This document shows, in pieces, positions 24,963 to 33,256 of a stretch of DNA of 50,819 nucleotides; the stretch's first letter is position 1; each line of letters starts with the position of its first letter. Under the pieces are notes generated by a model that was not told the origin of the DNA, did no database searches, and saw only the letters and a program-made list of their open reading frames with translations. The stretch comes from Candidatus Bathyarchaeota archaeon (GTDB taxonomy: Archaea; Thermoproteota; Bathyarchaeia; Bathyarchaeales; Bathycorpusculaceae), in assembly GCA_003133625.1 (NCBI GenBank), contig PKYH01000027.1, forward strand, positions 15,266-66,084, read 5' to 3'. The translations under genes and the position numbers were made by a program.

Positions 24963-24980
24963 ATCCCAGCGGGCCCGCCA
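24902..24980 (+). tRNA. tRNA-Arg (anticodon GCG) with encoded CCA
   Basis: Folded by hand. Acceptor GGGCTCG/CGGGCCC with one G-U pair. Anticodon stem CCGGC/GCCGG, loop CTGCGGA (anticodon GCG at 24938-24940). Variable loop AGGTC. T arm CTGGG-TTCAAAT-CCCAG. Discriminator G plus CCA. The D arm is less regular. Confidence 0.85.
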
Positions 24981-25127
24981 TCCAAATTATTAAAAAATTG
25001 TTTTAACTTACGTTTTCCTAGAAAGAGTTCATCCAGCAATTTAGCCTTTAAAATAAGGGGGCTAAAGTTTTTTTCAAGCACTAGAGTTTTGTTGATTAAA
25101 AATATAGAAAGAATTGGTTAAGGTTGT

Positions 25128-25796
25128 TTATTCTCTGCTTGAGAGCACTATGATGTAGTCTGCTGTGTCGGCGCACATGTCTGCTGCTTGTTCGATGAAT
25201 TCTATTAGGTCGTCGAATATTACCATGGCTCCGCAGTTTATGTTTACGCCGTATTTCACGAATAAGCTTTTGGTTTTAAGGTATTCAATGTCTATTGCGT
25301 GTTCTATTTCACCGACTTTTTTTGCTTCATTTATGGCTTCTGTTGGGTTGGATGAGATTTTTTCTATGCTGCTTCTTAATGTTTGAGCTGTTTCCACAAG
25401 TTTTGAAGTCATAAAAACAGTTTTGTCACATAGTTCTTGTGGGATTTCTGCTTCAGAGAGCATTTCAAGGCATCTTGCAGCATCTTTAGTGTGATCTGCC
25501 AGCGTATCTAATCGTTTAACAAGGTGTAAGAGGTCTTCACGATAATCTGCCACGAGAGCTGCACCTTTGGATAACTCCATGAAGACATCTGTTCGAAGCT
25601 GGTCAACTCCTTCTTCGGTCTTATACAAGTTTTCAATGTACTTTTTTGTTTCTTTGAAGTTCTTCTCTGAAAAGCTTTTGGTTGCTTTATGCAGCCAAGT
25701 TACTGTGTCAAAAGCTTTCGTTATTTGATCGTGAGCGAGTTCTAATCCTCTGGTTTTGCGTCGTTGCTCAAACCAATCGTAACTTTTTCTTTCCAA
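25128..25796 (-). CDS. DUF47 / PhoU-like putative phosphate-transport regulator
   Basis: All-helical 222-aa protein with two similar halves. EEGVDQLRTDV and LDTLADHTKD segments resemble the TIGR00153/DUF47 family. No adjacent Pit transporter. Confidence 0.6.
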   Translation of the reverse strand: MERKSYDWFEQRRKTRGLELAHDQITKAFDTVTWLHKATKSFSEKNFKETKKYIENLYKTEEGVDQLRTDVFMELSKGAALVADYREDLLHLVKRLDTLADHTKDAARCLEMLSEAEIPQELCDKTVFMTSKLVETAQTLRSSIEKISSNPTEAINEAKKVGEIEHAIDIEYLKTKSLFVKYGVNINCGAMVIFDDLIEFIEQAADMCADTADYIIVLSSRE

Positions 25797-26217
25797 TGTC
25801 TTGTCACCGTTTAAACTATTGAATTGGTTTCAGATATAACCCTTCTCTTAATATGGCATTCACAGGTAACTTCAAACACATGTCTTTCTTCCAAATGCTT
25901 TCTTTTTGGATATGTCACGTCAAACATGCATCAATCGCCAAAAGCCAATCCGCAAGATCAGTCTTTTTAGCCTGTGCTTGCCTTTTTTCACTAATCTTTC
26001 CCTTCACAATTTACCCCCTCACTTAACCCTTAACATGCTTAACTATGCATTATACATGGATGAAGTACCATGGCGCTTTGAGTTTTGCATATAGCTTTTT
26101 TGCTTTCTTTATTTTGCATGGCACTCCTATGTTGAAACCTTTCCTTTTTCTGGCTTATTTAGACTATCCAAATAGTATATCGACAATTATGTAGTCTATA
26201 TATTTCCTGATTTTTAG

Positions 26218-27135
26218 CTAGTCTTCCAGAACAGTCTTCGCCAACCGAACCTTATCTTCCAAACTCTTCATTACAGTATTCGTAATTCTCACTCGAATTC
26301 CAAGACTCTCTATCCGACTTTTCTCAGCAGCATCCACATTATCAATGACAAAAGTGTCTAGAAAATCAGCATAAAGCTTAGCAACAGAAAACGCTGAAAC
26401 CTCGAAACCTAAACCGCGCAATAGTTTATCTGCAGGACCCTTAATCGGGGCACCAGCAACTATAGGACTAACTCCAACAACTTTGGCGCTTGTTCTTCTC
26501 AGTGCGTCTCTTATTCCATCAACCGTTAGAATGGTGCCAATGCTAACTATTGGATTGCTGGGACAAATAACAACCACTTCCGCATTCATAATTGAATCTG
26601 TAACTTTTGGTGAAGGTTTCGCGTTAACAGCGCCGACAAACTCAACGCCTAAAACCTTGTCTTTCGCTTGTCTTTTAACAAAATACTCTTCGAAATGAAC
26701 TGACCCTTCCTCAATTTTTATCCTGGTCTCAAACTTATCATTCGTCATTGGCAAAATGTTAACTTTAAGCCCTAAAACACGGCAAATTTCGTCGGTTACC
26801 TGCGAAAGCGTAAAACCTTTTTTTAACAAGTCAGTTCGAAAAATATGAGTTGCAAAATCCTTATCGCCCAAAGCAAACCATGTTTCTAAGCCGAATTTTT
26901 TGAGCATTTCGAGACATTGAAAAGTGTCGCCTTTTATTCCCCAACCTTTCTCATCATCAACAATACCTGCTAAAGTGTATGCCACAATGTCGATGTCTGG
27001 CGAAATGTGCAAACCGAACATTTCAATGTCATCGCCAGTATTCACAATTACTGATACGTCTTCCTGTTTTACAAGCCTTACTAAGCCAGTTAGAAATCTG
27101 GCTGCGCCAACGCCACCTGCTAAAGCCGTAATCAT
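26218..27135 (-). CDS. cofD: 2-phospho-L-lactate transferase (F420 biosynthesis)
   Basis: ITALAGGVGAARFLTGL at the N-terminus, NTGDD, and ICPSNPIVSIG motifs typical of CofD. Confidence 0.85.
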   Translation of the reverse strand: MITALAGGVGAARFLTGLVRLVKQEDVSVIVNTGDDIEMFGLHISPDIDIVAYTLAGIVDDEKGWGIKGDTFQCLEMLKKFGLETWFALGDKDFATHIFRTDLLKKGFTLSQVTDEICRVLGLKVNILPMTNDKFETRIKIEEGSVHFEEYFVKRQAKDKVLGVEFVGAVNAKPSPKVTDSIMNAEVVVICPSNPIVSIGTILTVDGIRDALRRTSAKVVGVSPIVAGAPIKGPADKLLRGLGFEVSAFSVAKLYADFLDTFVIDNVDAAEKSRIESLGIRVRITNTVMKSLEDKVRLAKTVLED

Positions 27136-27169
27136 AACCTTTCATGCCAATTGATGATTTAGGAAGCTG

Positions 27170-27628
27170 TTAATGGTTGTGTTTTTCTGAAACCCAATAT
27201 TCAGCTGCAGACCCCTTTGAATCAACTACGTGTTCTTTTTTGAAAACTGGTGCTTCGTTTTTGTATCTCTCTACAGCTTCCCGCAGGACTGGAAAAACAT
27301 CTGTTCGGTGAGAACCAGCAACTGCAACATAAACTAAATCGTCTCCAACGTTGAATTCGCCGAGTAAATGGTGGATTTGAACGTTAACTACTCCAGGTTT
27401 TTGGGATAAGTCATCGCATATTTTGCTGAGGACTTGGTTGGCTTTTTCTTCGTATGCTTCCAGTTTGAGCTTTTCGACTTTTTCTCCCTCTAAGGTTTCT
27501 CCTCTTACTACGCCGATAAAAAGTGCTATTGCGCCAGCTTTATGGTATTTGGCGTTATTTTTAATATTGTTTATGGCGTCTTGAACTGTGAAAGTTCCTT
27601 TTTCATGTATTCCTGCATTTGCCGACAA
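27170..27628 (-). CDS. moaE: molybdopterin synthase catalytic subunit
   Basis: HHLLGEFNVGDDLVYVAVAGSHRTDVFPVLREAVERYKNEAPVFKKEH matches the conserved MoaE core. Confidence 0.8.
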   Translation of the reverse strand: MSANAGIHEKGTFTVQDAINNIKNNAKYHKAGAIALFIGVVRGETLEGEKVEKLKLEAYEEKANQVLSKICDDLSQKPGVVNVQIHHLLGEFNVGDDLVYVAVAGSHRTDVFPVLREAVERYKNEAPVFKKEHVVDSKGSAAEYWVSEKHNH

Positions 27629-27725
27629 AACATGATGCTCCTTAGTTTTCAGTTTAAGAATTTTACTTTAGATTATCGTTTCTAAAGTATTTTGCCCTTA
27701 AGAAAAGGGTATGAAAATAAGTAAG

Positions 27726-28340
27726 TTATGCTTCAGCTTGGGCTTCTTGAATTGGCGCCTGCGGTTGCGCTATTAATTTGGATTTTCTTATGCCAACATG
27801 CCTTAGTGGTGCAACTTCTTTAGCTTGGTTGTAGATGTCTGAAGCGATTTTTCCAAGAACCATTTCTTGAACAAACTGGTCGAGTGATAATGCGTTGGCT
27901 TTTTCATGTACTATTTTTTCCATTATTTTGCGGATTATCTTTTCTTGTGATGTTTTTATTCTAGAAAGTGTCAGCGCTGAAACTGCAATTCTAAGCTTGA
28001 ATCCGTCTTTTGTAGTAAGGTTGATTAATGCATCAACTTTTGTTGTTCTTCTTCTAACTAAGCTTCGGAGGTAATCTCGTGAGTATTCATGACCCTTAAA
28101 GAGCGTTTTGGCTGTTTTTCCGTCAAGCTCGTTAACTTGGAAAAACATTTTCAAATAGTGATGAGAAAAGTCGCTTGTTATGTCATATAAGGTTGCTTCA
28201 ACAACTCTGCCGATGAGTTGTTCTGGTTCTTGCGCTGGTATGGAACCTAACTCAACGTTGCCAAAGAAGGACGGCGCAATCACCATGTACCATCCTTTTC
28301 CACGCCATTTATCTCGTACATGTTTTGTTTTTGAAGACAA
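27726..28340 (-). CDS. rps3ae: 30S ribosomal protein S3Ae (eS1)
   Basis: KDKWRGKGWYMVIAPSFFG near the N-terminus, about 200 aa, typical eS1. Confidence 0.9.
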   Translation of the reverse strand: MSSKTKHVRDKWRGKGWYMVIAPSFFGNVELGSIPAQEPEQLIGRVVEATLYDITSDFSHHYLKMFFQVNELDGKTAKTLFKGHEYSRDYLRSLVRRRTTKVDALINLTTKDGFKLRIAVSALTLSRIKTSQEKIIRKIMEKIVHEKANALSLDQFVQEMVLGKIASDIYNQAKEVAPLRHVGIRKSKLIAQPQAPIQEAQAEA

Positions 28341-28389
28341 ATTTATTTCTCCGAACGTGCCTCAACATTCTCAAGGAAATATTAAAAGG

Positions 28390-29679
28390 TTAGCGTTTTC
28401 TGTCTATTTTCTCGAGGTTACCCATGTATTTTCTTAAGGCTTTAGGTATGTTTATTGTGCCGTCTTGTTGTTGATTGTTTTCTAGTATGGCAACTATGGT
28501 TCTGCCTGTGGCTATGGCTGTCGAGTTTAATGTATGAACAAACCCTTTTGGCGGAGCCCCTTCTTTTTCACGGTAACGAATGCCTAAGCGTCTTGCTTGA
28601 TAATCGGTGCAGTTGCTGCATGAAACAACTTCGCGGTAACCGTTTTGCGCTGGCATCCAAGCTTCAATGTCGTATTTTTTTGCTGCTACGGTTCCAATGT
28701 CGCCTGTGCAAACGTTGACAACTCGGTGTGGCAATTCAAGCTTTTGAAGAAGTTCCTCGGCGTTCTGCAGTAGTTCCTCATGTAGCTTGGCTGAGTCTTC
28801 CGGCTTGCAAAAGATGAATTGTTCTACTTTGTTGAATTGGTGGGTACGGAATATTCCTCTTGTGTCTTTACCGTGTGCTCCAGCTTCTTTTCTAAAGCAA
28901 GTGCTTATTCCAGCGAGTTTTAGCGGCATGTCTTGTTCTTTTAAGACTTCGTTCATGAACATTGCAGCCATGGGGTGTTCGGAAGTGGCGATTAAGTATA
29001 GGTCTTCGTTTTCCGCTTTGTAGAGGACATCGGCGAAGTCGCCCAGTGCTGTTACGCCTTCGTATGCTTCACGCTTCATCAAGTATGGCGGTATGATTGG
29101 CGTGTAGCCTTTTTTTGTTAGTTCCTCAATTGCAAAGCTTATCAGTGCCATGTCTAATTGTGCGACTTGGTTTTTTAGGTAGAAGAATCTTGCGCCTGAT
29201 ATTTTTCCTGCTCTTTCGATGTCGATTTGGTCTAAATCTAAGGCTAAGTCGATGTGGTTTTTTATTGGAAAATTGAATTTTGGGATTGTTCCCCAAGTTT
29301 TTATTTGAACGTTGTCGTTAGCGTCTTTTCCGAGAGGAACACTTTCATCCAGCAGGTTTGGGAGTTGCATGAGGTAGTCGTGTGTTTTCTGTTCTTGCTC
29401 GGTTACCTGTTTTTCTAACAAAGTAATTTTTTCGTCGATGCCTTGCGCTCTTTCAACTTCGCTTGCGGCTTCCTTGCCCGCTTTTTTTAGTTTAGCGATT
29501 TCTATGGTTACCTGCTTTCGCTGATGACGCAGCTCATTTAGTTTAGTGAGATTCAATCGCCATTCCTTGTCAACAGCGATTAAATCCCCTAGCATTTGAA
29601 TGGCTTCAGGGATGCCACGCTTCGCCAAATTGTTCTTTACAAGTTCAGGGTTCTCACGAATAAGCTTGATATCTAACAT
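28390..29679 (-). CDS. serS: seryl-tRNA synthetase
   Basis: MLDIKLIRENPELV start, so ATG 29679 is preferred over the upstream ATG 29712. Long coiled-coil arm. Class II motifs (FRKEAGAHGKDTRGIFRTHQF, GDIG..AAKKYDIEAW, NSTAIATGR). Confidence 0.92.
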   Translation of the reverse strand: MLDIKLIRENPELVKNNLAKRGIPEAIQMLGDLIAVDKEWRLNLTKLNELRHQRKQVTIEIAKLKKAGKEAASEVERAQGIDEKITLLEKQVTEQEQKTHDYLMQLPNLLDESVPLGKDANDNVQIKTWGTIPKFNFPIKNHIDLALDLDQIDIERAGKISGARFFYLKNQVAQLDMALISFAIEELTKKGYTPIIPPYLMKREAYEGVTALGDFADVLYKAENEDLYLIATSEHPMAAMFMNEVLKEQDMPLKLAGISTCFRKEAGAHGKDTRGIFRTHQFNKVEQFIFCKPEDSAKLHEELLQNAEELLQKLELPHRVVNVCTGDIGTVAAKKYDIEAWMPAQNGYREVVSCSNCTDYQARRLGIRYREKEGAPPKGFVHTLNSTAIATGRTIVAILENNQQQDGTINIPKALRKYMGNLEKIDRKR

Positions 29680-29815
29680 TGCTCTCACACGGAGTAATTC
29701 TCTAACTAACAAAATCAGCTATTTAACCTTGCGATTGTTTGAATAACAATTGGTATTAAAAAATAAAAGAAAGTTTTGAAGTGGTTTCTTGCTATTGTTT
29801 TGCTCTGTTCCAGTT

Positions 29816-30103
29816 TTACTTTTTGCTTAGCGTTATCTCCATCGTTGAAACCATTCTGGACTTATTCTCTCCCTCACGTGGTGGCATCTCTGCTGTTCCA
29901 ATAGCGATATTGCTAACTTTAAGGTCTTTGACGAACCGGTTTCTTGTTATTTCAGCGGCGTCAACAGCGGTGGTTATGGCTTGGCCTCTTGCTTTCAAAG
30001 TGATTTCTTTTAGGGTTCCTGAGGAGAGGCTTGTTATGATTGCCAGAACATAGCTCATGGGGGGTTTGTTTCCGACGAAGATAACATCTGCGTTTTGAGT
30101 CAT
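29816..30103 (-). CDS. albA: Alba DNA/RNA-binding protein
   Basis: IFVGNKPPMSYVLAIIT ... ITLKARGQAITTAVDAAEITRNRF is typical of Alba (Sac10b). Confidence 0.9.
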   Translation of the reverse strand: MTQNADVIFVGNKPPMSYVLAIITSLSSGTLKEITLKARGQAITTAVDAAEITRNRFVKDLKVSNIAIGTAEMPPREGENKSRMVSTMEITLSKK

Positions 30104-30308
30104 TTTCTTTTACTCCTTTTTAGTTGTTTGCTTTGTGTAACGTTGCTGTTACTAGCATTTGCCTTGTAACGGAACGTTACTGCCCAATTAATACTATTTC
30201 TTCCTAATAAGTCCATTGAAAACCGCCGGTAACAAGGCTAAAGAATAAACCGTCCATCTGTTTCTGCAAGCGGGTTAACGGGAAAGGCTTTTCTACAGCC
30301 AATCTATA

Positions 30309-30947
30309 ATGAGCTTTAACAATTCCGAGCAGAGAGTTAACTTGCTTACTAAACTAAAGAAAAAAGTTCAACAAATGCTAACTTCCCAAGCAAGAGCCGC
30401 ACACAAAATAGGCTTAACTCCAAACAAAATAAGCATCATAGGGTTCATTCTTGCATTATCGTCAGCTGCAGTATACGCGTTTACTCCCAATCAACCCTCA
30501 TGGCTTCTTCTCCTAGCAACGTTTTTCCTTTTAGCCTCAGGATTCTGCGACACATTGGACGGAATTATAGCTAGAAACTATCAGCAAGCAACCGTACTTG
30601 GCGGCTTCCTGGATTCTCTGCTTGACAGGTACGCGGACGCATCCGTATACGCAGGAATAATAATCGCTGGATTGTGCAATCCATTTTGGGGATTAGCGGC
30701 TTTAGCAGGTTCCGTGCTGGTAAGTTACAGTCGAGCAAGAGGTGAAGCAGCAGGAATAAAAATGGAATCTGTAGGTTTGGCAGAAAGAGCCGAACGCATG
30801 CTTATCCTAGCCGCCGCCAGCATAATCGCGTTCTTTTGGCTTCCCGCGTTAAATTACGGAATAATCGTATTAGCGGTGCTTTCTAACCTTACAGTTATAC
30901 AAAGAGCACTTCACGTTTACAAAGAATTAAAGAAAAAAATAGTGTAG
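30309..30947 (+). CDS. CDP-alcohol phosphatidyltransferase family protein (archaetidyl-headgroup synthase type)
   Basis: Motif DTLDGIIAR ... GGFLDSLLDRYAD (D-x2-DG-x2-AR...G-x3-D-x3-D). Multiple TM helices. Confidence 0.8.
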   Translation: MSFNNSEQRVNLLTKLKKKVQQMLTSQARAAHKIGLTPNKISIIGFILALSSAAVYAFTPNQPSWLLLLATFFLLASGFCDTLDGIIARNYQQATVLGGFLDSLLDRYADASVYAGIIIAGLCNPFWGLAALAGSVLVSYSRARGEAAGIKMESVGLAERAERMLILAAASIIAFFWLPALNYGIIVLAVLSNLTVIQRALHVYKELKKKIV

Positions 30948-30951
30948 CCGC

Positions 30952-31242
30952 TTAGTATCTTCTTCGAGACCGTGAGTGGCGCTCGTTTTCAGCTCTGACT
31001 TTAACGATACCACGGTGCACGGCACATGAGATACAGTAATATTTAGTGTCCACCCAAGAGGCTAAGTACGTGCCTTTTTGCCTAAGCTCCTTAGCTAATT
31101 GCGGCTCAACAAATGAAACACGGCGAGTGTTTCTCTTTGCTTTATCCCGCGGCACCATTGCCCCACAGTTAGCGCATTGAACAAGGCTGCTACTGCCTTT
31201 GCTTCCTTTCGATCTTCCTCGGCTCTTTCGCTTAACGGGCAA
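30952..31242 (-). CDS. rps26e: 30S ribosomal protein S26e (eS26)
   Basis: PVKRKSRGRSKGSKG..VQCANCG..VPRDKA ... YCISCAVHRGIVKVR is typical of eS26. Confidence 0.85.
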   Translation of the reverse strand: MPVKRKSRGRSKGSKGSSSLVQCANCGAMVPRDKAKRNTRRVSFVEPQLAKELRQKGTYLASWVDTKYYCISCAVHRGIVKVRAENERHSRSRRRY

Positions 31243-31292
31243 TTATTTTAACCTCTTTTTCTCCTTATCTCCCAAATATGGAATAAACTTTC

Positions 31293-32201
31293 TTATATAT
31301 CTGCTCGTAACTTTAAGAGAGAAGCAATGTTTGCTTTCAAATTTATTTGAGGGATAATTTTTCCATCAGGCGACGTCATCAAAGTTGTAACTCCAGGCCC
31401 ATGTCCTGCCGTAACACAATTCGTATGGACTACTACGCCGACTGAAACAGCGCCTTGACGGTAAATTCTGCCAAACGAGTGGTCCGCATCAATAATAGCC
31501 ACTAAATCGCCAAGCCTCAAGCTTTCCAGTCCATACTGCTCAACGACTGCTTCATCGAACAATTGAATATCGTAATCCCCCGAATTAACCTGATTAGAAC
31601 CTAAACCTGAACCCATAATAGCCGCTGGAACAATATGCGTAACAGGCACCTCCAATTTATCACCTTTCGGTTTGGGATTCCACGCCTCAAGCAACATCGG
31701 ATCCATATTCAAGACTTTAATTTCTGGGAAATCAACCAGTTTTAAGCCTACGCCGAAAGCTTTCACAAGAATCCTATCTCCAAGCACAAGCTTCTCCAAA
31801 GCTTCCGCGGGAAAATCAACCAACACATGCTCGATTCCACCGTGCTTGCCAGTGACAGTTCCCTTAGCACCCTTCGCGTCACCATTCACTACTGTTGCTT
31901 CGTTTCCAACGCATGATAGCACGTTGAATGCTGTGTTAGCAGCCTGCCCTGAGCGGGCATCGTTTTCCTTGTTTTCCACGCTAACGCCTGGCTCCACATG
32001 GTCAGCTTCCCACCCGCATGCTGGATCGCCTACTCTTAGATTATAGGTTATGCCGCCTACTCCCGGAAGCACTAACGGTTTTCCTGTTGCCGAAACGTTG
32101 TAGACTGACCTGATTGTTGGACTGGCTATTTCACCCATGACCGATATTTTTATGAGTTTTTCAGCGTTTGTTCGAAACATAAGGTATTCCTCATTGGGCA
32201 T
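31293..32201 (-). CDS. conserved hypothetical protein (possibly DUF4438 family)
   Basis: 302-aa Gly/Val-rich, beta-looking protein. The family name is a recollection and is not verified. Confidence 0.45.
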   Translation of the reverse strand: MPNEEYLMFRTNAEKLIKISVMGEIASPTIRSVYNVSATGKPLVLPGVGGITYNLRVGDPACGWEADHVEPGVSVENKENDARSGQAANTAFNVLSCVGNEATVVNGDAKGAKGTVTGKHGGIEHVLVDFPAEALEKLVLGDRILVKAFGVGLKLVDFPEIKVLNMDPMLLEAWNPKPKGDKLEVPVTHIVPAAIMGSGLGSNQVNSGDYDIQLFDEAVVEQYGLESLRLGDLVAIIDADHSFGRIYRQGAVSVGVVVHTNCVTAGHGPGVTTLMTSPDGKIIPQINLKANIASLLKLRADI

Positions 32202-32333
32202 TGTGTCCTATCCGCAAGGAGTCTAATAAAACTTCATAGAATGCCTTTCCATTTAAGCAAATCTTAAATTATGCGTTTCTTTATTGTTGCAGTGAAGCTA
32301 AGCCTATCTAAATTGTTGGAAGTGAAATTTAGG

Positions 32334-32912
32334 ATGTCTGAAATTGGATTGAGAACAAGAATGCTGGTAAAAGACGTGATGAGCAGCCCAGTTGTAACCA
32401 TGAATGAAGATGAAACTTCAAACAAAGCAGCCGTTGTTATGGATAAGAACGATTTAGGCTGCGTAATAGTCACGAATAAAGCTGGAAAATCAATAGGCAT
32501 TATTACCGAGCGAGACTTGGTGATTAGGGTTTTAGCTAAAAACCTCAAGCCTGATACAGTTAATACCAAAGAAATCATGACAACCCCATTGGTAACAATT
32601 GAACCTGACGCAACAATAAGTGAAGCAGCTCGAAGAATGAACAGGCTGGACATTAGACGGCTCGGCGTGATTTACAAAGGCAACCTCGTCGGAATAATCT
32701 CAAGCAAAGACATCCTAGGCGTAATGCCTGAACTAATAGAGATAATGCAGGAAAAGTCACGCATCGAAGGCGCTGCCCGCACTGAAGAAACTGAAGAGGT
32801 TCCTCTCTCTGGATACTGCGACCGCTGCAACATGTACTCTGAAAACTTGAAGGAACGAAACGGACAAAACATCTGTGACGAATGCCGAATAGAACTAGAA
32901 CAAGAAAAATAA
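32334..32912 (+). CDS. CBS-domain pair protein with a C-terminal zinc ribbon
   Basis: Two CBS-like modules (VKDVMSSPVVTM...GCVIVTN; IMTTPLVTIEP...RRLGVIY) and CDRC...CDEC at the end. ATG 32334 is preferred over the upstream 32271 start of the ORF track. Confidence 0.75.
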   Translation: MSEIGLRTRMLVKDVMSSPVVTMNEDETSNKAAVVMDKNDLGCVIVTNKAGKSIGIITERDLVIRVLAKNLKPDTVNTKEIMTTPLVTIEPDATISEAARRMNRLDIRRLGVIYKGNLVGIISSKDILGVMPELIEIMQEKSRIEGAARTEETEEVPLSGYCDRCNMYSENLKERNGQNICDECRIELEQEK

Positions 32913-32934
32913 TATTTTCTTTTTTGCTTATCTT

Positions 32935-33237
32935 CTATAAATCGATAAACACGAAATTTTCTCTTTCCTCAACTGAATAAGTTTTAAGTGGCTTTTCCGC
33001 TGGTCCCCTAAGCGCCACGCCATTGGTTATGTTGAATTGGGAGTAGTGCCATGGGCAGGTGAGAACTTCCTCGTTTAATGTGCTTTCTGCAAGCGGCGCC
33101 CCTGCATGGGTGCATCTTGCATCTAAGCAAAAGATTTTGTCGCCAACATTAACAGCAATAACTTCGTGTCCTTTAACTTTGAATGCCTTTGGTTCTCCAA
33201 CCGTTAGAGTATTCTTATCGCACAATTTCACAAACAT
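32935..33237 (-). CDS. Rieske [2Fe-2S] domain protein
   Basis: CTHAGAPL ... CPWHYSQF (C-x-H ... C-x2-H), 100 aa. Confidence 0.8.
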   Translation of the reverse strand: MFVKLCDKNTLTVGEPKAFKVKGHEVIAVNVGDKIFCLDARCTHAGAPLAESTLNEEVLTCPWHYSQFNITNGVALRGPAEKPLKTYSVEERENFVFIDL

Positions 33238-33256
33238 AACTTTACACGACCAATCG

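Noticed and set aside
25797-26217. The 420-nt spacer between the DUF47-like gene and cofD. It includes a 30-codon GTG ORF on the minus strand (about 25920-26012) preceded by GAGGGGG.
   Set aside because: It is too short and has no recognisable feature. No structured-RNA signature could be established by eye. It is left unannotated.
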